A stretch of DNA of 63,392 nt, the filler included, from Octopus bimaculoides (lineage: Eukaryota): assembly GCF_001194135.2 (NCBI RefSeq). It is 7 parts of 7 records of this genome, joined end to end, with 100 filler letters (N's around TTAATTAATTAA, not from the genome) between each part and the next. Parts side by side here need not be neighbours in the genome. Positions count along the whole stretch, not along the records: positions 9,052 to 23,333 come from NC_068981.1; positions 23,434 to 29,384 come from NC_068999.1; 5 more parts are not named here. One strand, 5' to 3'. Below the pieces are notes generated by a model. That model was not told the DNA's origin. It was given only the letters and a program-made list of their open reading frames with translations, and searched no databases. How positions within the stretch are numbered: position 1 is the stretch's first letter; each line of letters opens with the position of its first letter. Shown piece after piece: positions 12,616 to 25,223 of the stretch. Both the position numbers and the translations under genes were made by a program.

Positions 12616-15600
12616 GCAGGGATTGAGAAAGAAAGAAAACAGAAAGAAAGGCGGCAAGAAAAAGTTATAAATATACATATACACATGCGCATACACAGAG
12701 TCTGAAAGAGCAGGTGGTCATATAGCTATGGTACAGTACAATCAGACAGGATGGCTGTGGTTTGTATTTCGTCCCTAATGTTGTGTTTTGTTGGTAGCCA
12801 TGATATTTATTTCTTAACGGCTGAATTAACATGATATCACAAATGTCGTAGAAATAAAACATTATTTCATTTTAATAAGTATATAGATAAACGGATTTAT
12901 AACAATAAATATCTAGTCTTGATGGGAAATTTTTCTTACGGCAATGAGGTTAACACCCGATCTGTTTATTGCAGCCGTTAGCGGAAATACTTTGTAGTTC
13001 AGAAAAATGCAGATTGTTCACAATAATCTATTCAAAATAAATTGAATTAAATTATAAAGTAATAACTTAGATTTAAATAATATTTACATAAATTTGAATA
13101 TTAACTTCTTTGAGAACAGTCATAAACATCACATGATCACTTCTGCTTCCCATAGAAGTATTATATATTGTGCTCCAGAAAGAGATCAAATTAAGAATAT
13201 CTTTACTAAATAGCAGAAGTTTGACAGGTTACGAGTATGTTACTTTTTTCTTGGACTAACCTTGGAGAAAGACAAAGCTGACTCTGACGTAGTTCAAAGA
13301 CACTTAGTCGTCATTTCCATGACTAGCTAGAGCCAAACGAGCCAAATTTTTATTAAGTCACATCCTAACGTTTTAAGGAAAAGAAGAATACGGTTGGCAT
13401 TGAAGTTACATTTGATAGATACACTGTCTGAATAAAAGACAGAAAGGTCGCGATTGGAATGTCTATTTCATCATAGGACAGCACGTTCAGAGATGACGTA
13501 AGGCTAAACAACAACTAAAACTGAACCACCTTGTTATGTAAAAAAAAAAAATAATAAATACAACGTAAAACTCAAAACTGCTTGATTTCAATTGCATATT
13601 TATGCTGCGTTAATTTTTCGAGCTACATCAAGCAAGCTGTCCGAGAAAATGACAATAAATTCTATTCTACTGAATCGATAGAATACTTGCAATTAATTAG
13701 TTTGGTATTGTGAATCCTTCATAGGCCGATGAAGTCGCCCACGTGTTAATGGATGACTATGCACGTCGGTTATCACACTCTGCTCGTCAACAAAACCAAT
13801 AATTGGTTTTCTATAATAGAGCAGTCTACTGAGACGACAGGTAATGTGAGGCTGAACCAAATCGGTCTGTTGTGTTTTCCTGACAATTAAGTCAACTCGG
13901 GTATTCTGCCCAGAAATACTACAGGTAATCGATTTAAGCATATTTGATCTGACGACCTATGAACAGGTAATTCATTTCTAGACAAAAATCCATTATTTTG
14001 TCTCTATAATTATTTATTTTCAGCGCCGATGAGAACACTGCGTTTCTCCGATTATTTTTAATAGATGATTCAGTAATTGCATGCTAGAAACGGCAGACAA
14101 ATCTTTCTCAAATTACATCCAATTGTCCTGGATAGGTAAATGACCCATTGGATACTAGAGCCCTACATAATTTAAAAGGATGCAATGGTCACAACTGGAA
14201 CACCCTTGATCGTAGGTCTTCTCGATGAGAATTCACTTTAACCCCTTATTATAAGAAAGGTATTGTGGCCTAAAAAATGTAATATGTTTAAAATGGAAGT
14301 TTTGGCTGCGAGATATTTGAACCACAGACTCTTCTCAGAGACAGACTTCATTTAATTTCTTAATAAACAGCGCTTGAGAACGATGTAGTTAGGAAGATTG
14401 TTAGTCGAGTGCAGTTAAATCATAAGTTGTTGGCTGTGGATTTCGTTAATTTCTATTGAAATAATATTTAATAGATATCATTAATCCAAAGCTAAGTGTT
14501 AGGTTTCTCTCTTAAACTGTTGAAAAAATATATTTAATGATCATACGTAATGAATTGAATCTACTAGACGAATAAAATGAAATGAAATAATTCACGTTAG
14601 GAAGGAATTTTCTAACTGACGTACGCAAAAAATCCTCCGTTAATTAAAATTACCCTCTTAGCCGAAGGAAGAAAAAGAACTAGGACTAAAGGTTAGTGAC
14701 TTTTAAAGAAAAGGCGAAGTAATTTCAATAAATTAAGAACTAATCTCACAAAATGTTATAATGCTTAAGAAAACACTTTATATTCTTTACCAGATGACAG
14801 TTCACAAATATGAAATTAAGAACGCGTTTCTGTCTCATTACACTTAATTTGGGAAGAATACACAAACTAAAGCGGTTTGAGTAGACGATAAATTTTTGTT
14901 TCCTACAGTGTCAACTAGCCTAGATTATCATTGTAAGATATTTTTCCGTGTGAGAATTACTAGATTATTAGATTGCGGATGGATTAGTACCAAATGCTTT
15001 GCAGAGCCCTCTCCAATTTGTGAAGTTCTATATGCCACGTATGTTAAACTTGAGCTTCTACAACTTTGAATAGAATTTCAAAGGGCAATTTTGGTAAAGA
15101 AAAATTGTAGGACAGACGGCGCTAGACCACCTACAATCAATTATTATTTTTGTGGTTGTTTAACTCAAGATAGTTCATGATTGAACATACCTATGAACAA
15201 AGACATCCATACAATTAAAAGTCTTTGAATGCAGCTTAAGGGGAAATTTAACCGCTACTTCTAGCCGGTGGAGGTGCCAATGTTGATATACCTCGTTGTC
15301 ATCCGGTAACTTTAGTCGGTGGTAATATAAAGCCGGTGACTCTTGAAAATCAAAAGCCATTCTAGTACAGTACAAGAAACTGAGGGAAGCTACAACGCGT
15401 TGGTTATAGCATACTAGCAAATAATATTTCTCTGGGAATTCAGTCTTGAATGTTTTTCAGAGTGGTAATACTCTCATATGAAGTTATCATAATGTATATA
15501 CACTGCTAAAGATAGAGAAATTGAAGAAGTGAAGCTACATAAGTGTTAATTTACATTTACACATATATTGTTGGGTAGCTGCTTTTAGTGGAAGTTTTCA

Positions 15601-17094
15601 CACCGTCAAGTATGTAAAGATGTAAGGCTTTGTGATAAGAAAGTAGTTGAACCTTCAATTTATATATGTACATAATTATCCTGGAAATTAATCTGTACCA
15701 AAATTCATACGTGTTATTTTTTTGTCAAGTGTGTGTTGTTTCTTGTATAATCCATAGAAAGAAATCACATAGTTATTGAAATGATACCCAATCTTATATG
15801 TTTTTAAGAAAATAGGTAATAATTTTATCAATGTCTAAATAGAAATTACGTTACTTTGAATAAGTGAACATAACGATGCTTTTCATAGCCGGTGCTGACT
15901 CATTTCTAAAAGGAAAAAGAAATCCAGAATAAGTTAAACCGAACGAATCAGTATAGTGATTAGATTAATTCACCACGTTTCTTTAACAATAGGTAAGTTC
16001 TACTTAATTGGTGACATGCCAGGTGAGAGAGTGAATGGCAGCTGATGCTTTTGCGATGCGTATTTATGGAGAATAATATAATTTTCTTGTGCCAGGTAAG
16101 ACAGACAATGGCAATTTGCTGCATTGTTAATCTTTTATGCCCATTCTAGTAAATTTTTGATATTTTTTTTTTTATTCATGAAGCAAGTAAAAGTTATAAT
16201 CTTTTCGAGATTTCTTGACATCTCTCAAAACTTTTTACATTGAAGTTTGTTCATGTCTTTCTTATCCTGACGTTATCCTGACTAACAAAGGTTAGTAACA
16301 TTATTCAGTAGTCAGTTCTATGTCTCTGTCGTTGTGGGATTTTCCTTGCTTCTTGCAACTAGGTTGTTGACCCAAGGATCATGAATTTATAGGAAAGTTT
16401 AAAGTATTTTTAGAGATATAACATCAAAAATTGTATATAATTTTTCTTTTTATTTCGTAAACACAAACATGTAGATAGGATCTTGTGAAAATAACGAATA
16501 ATTACACATCACACAATTTGTAAATACTCTTAAAAGAAGACAGAATTCAAATATTTTAGATGCTACTGTATTTAATGCAAAATTTACATAAATATGTTTG
16601 TGAAAAGTTATACCGATATGGAAACTATATATAGATATTTATATGCTTTCGTGTTAGTAGGATAATTCGTTATAGATGCAAGTTTGTGTAAGTCGATAGA
16701 TGGCCATCGTAAAAAGAAAAATCAGATAAACATATGTATATTTAATTTGGTAGAAATGATTCTGCTGAAGTCAGCGTCTAGCTAGCAGAGTGATAATTAA
16801 ATGAAATAGAGAAATTACAGCACATGTATAGTAGTTGCCTAATGAAAATTTGAAGTAGCGAGCGAGACGGATTTGTTTGATGCTAAGTGAATGCGCTATA
16901 AGAAAACAAAAAGATATTTATCTTGCTTAATAGAGTTAAAAAATGGCTAGAATAACATGCATGATAACTATGAACCTAAAATGATCGTGTGATGTTGTTA
17001 ATCTAGTCAATAGACTACGTGTCGAAAGTAACATTTCTGGTTATTCAAAAGAAAAATACACGGGTTAAGGTGAAACTAAAATGTCATCTGCATG

Positions 17095-17222
17095 CCACCG
17101 AGGGCGACTTTCATCCTCTCGGAGTCGATAAAATAGGTACCAGTTGAGCACTGTGGTCGATGTAATCGACTTACTTCTTCTCCAAACTTGCTGGTCTTGT
17201 ACCGAAATTTGAAACCAATATT
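17095..17222 (+). mobile_element. SINE family A, 3' half, tail type 2
   Basis: gtcgataaaataggtaccagttgagcactg.ggtcgatgtaatcgactta...aaatttgaaaccaatatt. Confidence 0.85.
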
Positions 17223-17649
17223 TCGTAGTTTTCAGTAAGATGATTCAGTCTATTCGCTCTATGCTGAGGAATAGCTGTCCGTCTAAAGGTGGTTAACGTG
17301 TTATAAACTAAATTCCTAATCAATGAAATATAAAGCTTTGTGAAGTCAGGAGTCTGTTACTGGTTATTAGAATTCATCTAATATGGAAAACCTTGTAAAT
17401 TTGTTTTATTTACAACCTACATGCTGTTGTTGGGAGAGTCTCCATCAATATTGACAACCTGCGTTGTCCTTTTTAACTGGCCTAATACATACTCTATCTA
17501 CACGCGATCGTGATGAGCCGGCGCGGTTTGTAAGTTGCTGCATTTGGTTTATGTTGAAAATTCTGTCGGTACCTATCAGTAACTGTTTCATTCATTGCTA
17601 TAAGGACAGTATATAAGAAAATATTACACGAGCAAATTACAAAACCACG

Positions 17650-17724
17650 ATGGGAAACAGGCATGATATAAAGTATGGGAGACAGGCATGACATAAAGTA
17701 TGGGAGACAGGCATGACATAAACG
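17650..17724. repeat. 25-bp tandem repeat x3
   Basis: atgggagacaggcatgacataaagt units start at 17650, 17675 and 17700. Confidence 0.95.
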
Positions 17725-18168
17725 ACAATAAAAATACTATACAAAATTTTTAAATGGTCACAATGTAGGGACAACCACATTGGACTGTGAGTGAATTTCA
17801 CAAATGAAGAATTACTCCGAGCACTAATTGTCCTCTTCTCGCTCAGAGAACAAACATTCTACTAGACACACTCACTATTCTCACTTTAACAATGATTTTT
17901 TCGTGTGTGTGTGTGTGTGTGTGTGTTTCACATTTTCTGTTGACTAATTGGATTATTATTTATTTTCTTTTGCAGGAATGGATGTAAATATAGGTTTGAA
18001 AAACCTTGTAACGCTTCCAAACTTTTTGGAAATGGTTAGCTGGGCAGAAACGGAAAATCATATAACATCCGTCTTAACGTACAAGACACGTCATACAGAA
18101 AAAGTGTGCCGAAACTTTGTCAGATGTGGATTACGAGAGTATATGTTTTCTTAAGGATTTCGGTTAAA

Positions 18169-18249
<81 letters not shown>

Positions 18250-21200
18250 GTATGTACGTACGTGCGTATGTATGTATGTATGTATGTATGCATGTATGTA
18301 TATATATATGTATATATATTCTGTATATGTGTATGTAGAAACAAATCTAATTATGAGATTAAAAACATACCCAATGGGTCACAGAAAATTTATTTGTGCT
18401 GGCAGAAATGGGGTGTGCATCTGTGTTTATGTCTCAGTGTCTGAGAGAGAATGACTTTGGTCAGCTCGATGTTTTGGGCTACATTCGAGCAATTCTTTCT
18501 TTGGTGCTTCTTCAATTTTTTGTTATATATATAAATATATAGAGAGAAATGATATATTTTTACACTTAAAATAAATTATTACAAATGAATAATTTATTTT
18601 CTTTCTCAAATCCCTTGACATTTGAAAACGTATTATTTCTCAAATATTTATTCGTAAACACACACACTTGCATCCACATACACACATTTACATTTGCGTA
18701 ATTTTAATGCTGCTGAATGTCAGTATTCGTAGCTTTTTTGGTCTCTATTTTAAACTGGTTGTTCGCATATGTGTTTGCGTGTGGGAAACTAGGAATGAGA
18801 AATTAAATGAGAAAATGTAAATATGAAAATAAATAAATGATTAAATTTACATAGCATTTCATCATCTTTGGAAACCATCGTGTTTTCCTCCGTCCTTTGG
18901 AACTTTACGAAATCATATTTTAAATTTAAACATATAAAATTACCAAAATAACAAAATCCACATAAAAGAAAACATAACAAAGAATAAACTTTAAAAATAT
19001 CTATAGACGCTTAGAGATAAAACATTTGGAAATACTACAAATTTTTTTTTTAATGTGTGTGTGTGTGTGTGCGCGCGCGTATGAGCACATATATATGTGT
19101 GTGTATATATATATAGAAACATATATGTGTATGTGTGTGTATGTATTTATGTATATATGTATGTGTGTCTGCGTATATATATATATATATATATATATGA
19201 AACTATCGTGTTAATATTTATTATATCATTATTATATCAATGTGTATCAAGCTAAATTACCGTATCGAAGAAATTGTTGGATCAAACAGAAAGCAACTGG
19301 TATTAAACAACCAACGCATGAAATTATATCAAACATATCAAAAAAAACATTAGTCTTTCCCTCTTGTTCTTTGGAAGAGGAGATAAGACATGGCATATAT
19401 GCTCACAAGAGCTTGGTTTATCTTTTTTTATTTTGTTCGGGTTTTCATAACTATAAGTTCGAGAATGCATTTTGATACCACTTCTTTTGTCCTTAAACTA
19501 TTATTCTCAAGTTGCATGCTTTGTCTGCGGAAATGGAATCGTACAATACTTGGCAAGTTGATTTTGTTGCAATTCTCAGACCCGCTTTACGTGTTATACC
19601 AATGTTCTTGGAATCATTACGATTAGAAATACCACAGTATTAATACACACACACACACACATATATATATATATGTATATATATNNNNNNNNNNNNNNNN
19701 NNNNNNNNNNNNNNNNNNNNNNNNNNNNNNNNNNNNNNNNNNNNNNNNNNNNNNNNNNNNNNNNNNNNNNNNNNNNNNNNNNNNNNNNNNNNNNNNNNNN
19801 NNNNNNNNNNNNNNNNNNNNNNNNNNNTATATATATATATATATCCGCCTCTATTTCTCATTATTTAGTAAAATCTTTGTACCATCACTCAGATACTCAG
19901 ATATGATTTTGCTATTACTAGTTACATTACTTAAAGGATATTATATTGTCTTAATATTCTCAGTCGTATCTAGTTTGAAGAATCTTTTTAATTCTATAAT
20001 CTAAATTAACTTATTATCGTTGTTATTATGATTACTTTCGCATGAGTTGAATGAAAAGATTGTGATTCTTGGGGTAGAATAACCTGTGATGTGTTCTGCT
20101 ATAAGGTTATTCCGAACTCTGCGTTGTAGGCTGCAGAAAGACCATTCAACATTACACTGACGCTATTTCCCAAACATTAATCTGTCACTGCTCATGATGG
20201 ATTGCAGTAAGCTATTTTAAACGTTTGGTAATCATTCTGTCTAACACAAGACCATTACGTAAAGACGGATTCAAATAGTCATTCTGTTTATAATATTGCT
20301 CTTTTATGATGCTATTGCTGATAATAATGATGATTAAATTGTTAATGATGATAATATTGCAGCGAATATAAGCAGGCTTCATTTAAGTGATGCCACATTG
20401 ACTGGCAAACTGAGAATTTTATTGCAGACCAGAATCGCCATTGTTAACGTCGTTAAGAGAATAAGTGTGTGCAATCAGTTACCCAACGATTATTCACAAA
20501 ATTATTTTGAATATTCTAATTAGTATTTTCACCCCTCCATTATGAATGAAGAGCCAATTGAGAACAATTATTTAAAACTCAATAGACATTTTCCCATATG
20601 TCATTTTTACAGTCAAATTAAGGATATTTTTATAAATTAACAATCTAGCATAAATTTTGTAGGAAATACAACAGAAAAAAGTGATAAGAAGAGAACTTTT
20701 TGACGGAAATAAAATTGTAGCGATTTCGCTTCATTTAAGTTGTTAATGTCTTTAAGTAATTCGTGATTTCCTCCTGAAACAATATAATCAAGCTTCATGT
20801 CTCTATAATAAAGAGTCATTGAGTCATGGTATAATTTTAAATCGTAGAAACTCCTCGAACTTAATGCTTTTACGATATATAAAGCTGGGAGTTTTTAATT
20901 ATACTTTAGCGATACTATATATAATCATAACAGACTACATGTTGCAGTATATACAGTCTAAATATATTCTCAATTCCATACATATTACTGATGAAACCGA
21001 CTTGAAAGTAAACTTGATTTTATACTCACCCCTTGTTCAACAGGTTCAAACTAACGCTTCATTAAGCAATGAGATTACATTGACTTCAGTCAATTATATT
21101 GCTGATTTTTTTTACATAAGTATATGTGCTGGGATTTATAGGATAGGAGATAAAGTTGCTTGATATCCATGAGTTTCTACAGAAAATTATGTGAAATGGT

Positions 21201-21679
21201 TTCATCTGAGAGTTGGTACACTTCATGAGATTAAATAATCAATAACTCGCTTCTATTCTGCGACTCAGTGATAACCATTTCTCGCAATAATAATTTTCAG
21301 TTAGAGGAATTTCTTAAGCCCCAACACATTCATATCATACAGCCCTTCTTTTACCATCGAAGCCTTTAAACACTGAATTGTTTCGTAACATTTTACGTAA
21401 CTAAACGGTCCATAAAAAAACACATGAGCTTGAAATACATAAAATAAGCCGTCCGTACTTAAAACATTCTTCCAGATTGTAATTTGTCAATACATCTGTC
21501 CTAATTTCACTGAGTTATGAATGGGTGGGCAATTCTTCAGTTCTCACAAAAGAATTCTCTTAAAATTCGTTTAACAATACTTCTCTGTCAAATTCACGAT
21601 CGACGTGTAGGCAAAACATAGAACTCCGTTATCAGTGATATAGCACTAGCACTACTTCTCCACAAACACTGTTCATAAT

Positions 21680-21895
21680 AATAACGGTTCCAAATTTTGG
21701 CACATATCTAATAATTTTGAGGGGAGAGGCAAGTAGGTTATATCGATCTCAGTGCTTGACTGGTTCTGCATTTTATCGACTCGAAAGGACGAAAGGTAAA
21801 GCTGACCGGTGAGATTTCAATACAAAGCGTGAAGTGTCGAAAACTTCTGCAAGGCACTTTTTCGACGCTCTGGCGATTCGGTTCGCTCGCCACCC
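21680..21895 (-). mobile_element. SINE family A (tail 2)
   Basis: Reverse complement has head ggcgag.gaaccgaatcg..agagcgtcg, the shared body and a gtgccaaaatttggaacc tail. Confidence 0.8.
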
Positions 21896-21914
21896 TACTA
21901 CTAATGATAATAAT

Positions 21915-22110
21915 GATCGTTTCAAATTTTGGCACAGTTTTTGTGGGAGGGAGTTAATCGATTATATCAATCCCAGTACTTGACTGGTAATCTATTTTAC
22001 CGATCCCGAAAGAATGAAAGTTAATCTTGTCGGAATTTGAACTTACAATATAAAGTGTCGGAGGAACTACTGCAAAGCATTTTTTTGACGTTCTAACGAT
22101 TCTGCCAGCT
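21915..22110 (-). mobile_element. SINE family A (tail 2), tandem with the previous copy
   Basis: Reverse complement gagctggcagaatcgttag...agttcaaattccg...gtgccaaaatttgaaac. Confidence 0.8.
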
Positions 22111-23279
22111 CAACCAAGGTTACTAGTTTAGTGGTTATTATATCGCATGTATATGAACAAAATACATATTCACAAAATGTAATTATAAAGGTTGCCAGTC
22201 GAACGATTTCAATAACATTGTATAAATTATGTAAAAACATAGTACTGTATATTTTGGTAAAAGATTACTAATTTCTTTTGTCAATATCTAAGACTAATTT
22301 CTTTTGTCAGTATCTCATTTGCGTTTTTATTTCGCAATCATTTGAACTAAGAGCAATAACATATCAAACTAGATTACTTAAGACACTTAAATGCTTTCTT
22401 ATTCTTTATTAAATTCCACTATGTTTTCGTTTACAGAAATAGTAATTCAAGTATAGTGTACTTTGTGAAGATAGAGGAACTAAAAGCTAATGTAAATGAA
22501 TTTCATAACTTGTTGGTTCATTAAATCATTAAATATTTTTTATTCATACAAATACATCCAGAAGTGTTCAACTCTGCGCTATAAAATAATTGATTACAGG
22601 ACGAAATTTCTGTTTTCAGACAAGGCTTGACATTGTGAATGAGCAGTAACTGAAATTGATGCTCAGCGATGCAATGAAAAGCTTCGTCCAGTTTAAGAAA
22701 TTTTATATAAACAGTTTGCCACTGATATTGATGGAATCTGCGTCGAGAGGTGCAAGATTTTAAATTCGATTTCAACAATCTTTCAGTCAATGAGCTGAAT
22801 AAATTGAATAGTGGTCGGTTGGATTTCCTTTAGACGTTCTAAACCGTTTGACTGAAAAAATTCATGCTTATTCCACTAATGATGTTAAATATTTACCAAA
22901 AATTAGAATTGGTATATTCTTCAAGTTACTTTGCCCCAATAAACTTGACATATCTCAACAAAATTAGTTTCAAATATGACATTCCTCAACAGAAGATAGA
23001 TTGGTATGTAAAATTCCTTTACGCAGTTAAGAGTAATAAGATTTCGCTTGGATATCCACAGTAAAAGAGTTAACAAAAATACTGCTGGGATATTGACATT
23101 TATTTATGGATAATCAAACGAACAAGTATATCAAAACATAGCTTCTGGCTACAGTTTAAAGTTAATGATATTGCATGTAAGATGTTTGAAATTGAAAACA
23201 ATGGAGTTCCAATTCGCAAAGTACATACTACTAAACATACAAATTACTGCGGATGTGGTCAATGATTAGCACGCACGCA

Positions 23280-23333
<54 letters not shown>

Positions 23334-23433
23334 NNNNNNNNNNNNNNNNNNNNNNNNNNNNNNNNNNNNNNNNNNNNTTAATTAATTAANNNNNNNNNNN
23401 NNNNNNNNNNNNNNNNNNNNNNNNNNNNNNNNN
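23334..23433. other. Artificial scaffold joint (44 N + TTAATTAATTAA + 44 N)
   Basis: Counted directly. Confidence 0.95.
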
Positions 23434-23523
23434 CCACCACCACCACCATCATCATCCGTAGCAGCAGCAGCATCACCACCATCACCATCAACACTATCAT
23501 CGTCATCATCGTCGTCGTCATCG

Positions 23524-23571
<48 letters not shown>

Positions 23572-23869
23572 CTACCACCACCGCCACCATCATTATCATC
23601 ACCTCCCCATCATTATCATAATCATTATCACCATCGTCATCACCATCACCATTATCGTCATCATCATCATCGTTTTTGTCCGCACCGTTGAAATCATAAT
23701 CGTCGTTCTCAAATAACAGTATATCTGGAAGTGTTACTATAGGTATTTCTTTATGGTCAGCAACGATAAATTTCTGCAGGAATGAAACCAGTATCTCAGA
23801 ACTAAGATTCTATTAAATGTGTAATATTTCAGATTTGAAAGAATTGAAAGAGAATTGAAGAGTTGACAA

Positions 23870-24020
23870 TGTCTTTCTTAGGACATGGACCGTAGGCTTG
23901 AAAGTAATTTTTTGTTGTTCCGATGCTTTGGGGTTACCGGGTTACCTGGAATTCGGTTATAGTGCTGAAGTTAAACCACTTAGTATTATCTTCAATGCTC
24001 CGATGATCTCAGGCACAATT
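23870..24020 (-). mobile_element. Degenerate R4/Dong-type RLE C-terminal fragment
   Basis: PIVPEIIGALKII, followed by a frameshifted IPGNP...EQQKITF..TVHVLRKTL-like sequence. Confidence 0.6.
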
Positions 24021-24089
24021 GGTGTTGTTGTAGTTGTTGCGTTTGTTTTTGTCATTGTTATTGTCACATCACAAGCATATGCGCTCGAC

Positions 24090-24510
24090 ATGGTGATCTC
24101 ATGTCCAGATAAACAGCATATGGATTTGCAGATGGGACCCAATTAGAATTTTCTTTAGCTCGAGTAGCTGATCCCACTCAAAGGGTCCCTGAATAAGGTT
24201 TGTATGAGAATGTTGAGCGAAGCAACCATGTTTCCAGAGGTGAATTATTCAAACCCCGAAGAATTCCCGTCAACACATAGCTATGATGCTCTCCCACTAC
24301 TTCAGCTCGCGATCAGAGATGCACATATTGTCAACCACTAAGGTATATGCTAACTGGTTAAGTCCGAGCAACTGAGAAACAAATCCGTGATATTGAGAAG
24401 AATATTGGCTGTACTCCATCTTTTTCACCAAGATGAAACATATACATAACACTTTCAATCAGTTACGATCAGAAGCCATGAATGGCAAGGCCTGGTATTG
24501 CGTCAAGGCA
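24090..24510. mobile_element. Unclassified non-coding interspersed repeat abutting (ACT)n
   Basis: Higher-GC non-coding block ending at a triplet microsatellite. It resembles an abundant octopus repeat from recall only; no second copy was seen in this window. Confidence 0.3.
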
Positions 24511-24512
24511 TT

Positions 24513-24554
<42 letters not shown>

Positions 24555-24559
<5 letters not shown>

Positions 24560-25165
24560 TTGCCTTTACACAGCTTCTAGCACTGGAGATGTACTACGGT
24601 GTCAGCTGTTCACTACCAGTGTACAAAGGTAACACCTATTTTTCGAGCAGCTTCCGAGTATTCGAGCGATTCCAAGCAGTGCTGTTTTCTGCAAGTGCTC
24701 CTCCCTTATTGCAGCCCCTATTTGTTCTATGTACTTCTCAAGACTTTTACTCACTGTTCTCAGGGCTCCGACAATTATTGGTACTACTACCACCTTTTTC
24801 ATCAACCACAACTGCTTACATACGTTGTCGGTAACCCCTAATTTGAGCACCATTTTCATCGCTCAGGTAGTAACACTCCATGACCACAACATTAATTTGC
24901 TTGCTCCATCTACGCCGTGTGTGGTGGTCCCTTTCTGGATATCGACAGGATGAAGCCGGACCAGACTCTCTGAACCTGCCGGGTGCAACATTGTCACCAT
25001 CAATGGCTTCAGTTTCATTACCACCGTTATTCACAATATTTTGTCTTTTCATTGTCACTCATATGAGGTAGCGATTATCAGGTTGCGCAATTACCAGTGA
25101 TTTTATTGTGACACCATCAATAGATGTATCATTAATCAGGACATAGAGGGGCTCCAGCCGCTTCC

Positions 25166-25168
<3 letters not shown>
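24555..25168 (-). pseudogene. R4/Dong-type element with large internal deletion (5' end and N-terminus fused to RLE C-terminus)
   Basis: RRRWSKQINVVVMECYYLS..RGYRQRM is joined near 24820 to QLWLMKKVVVVPIIVGAL..LQKTALLGIARIL. On its own strand it is flanked 5' by (TAA)n and 3' by (TAG)n. Confidence 0.85.

Positions 25169-25222
<54 letters not shown>

Positions 25223-25223
<1 letters not shown>

Noticed and set aside
20819-21163. 114-codon AT-rich ORF
   Set aside because: No recognisable motif and a TTG start. An ORF of about this length can arise by chance in a window this size.
22660-22720. KFLKL..F.C similarity between - strand ORFs at 22521-22790 and 15175-15420
   Set aside because: Short, needs two gaps and is AT-rich; likely chance.
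22440-23100. Possible decayed hAT transposase C-terminus on +
   Set aside because: Only vague similarity, many stops, and the diagnostic ERSFS motif is not visible.
25070-25168. HDV-like ribozyme at the 5' end of the Dong element
   Set aside because: Expected for some RLE elements, but I could not build the nested pseudoknot by eye; it needs a descriptor search.
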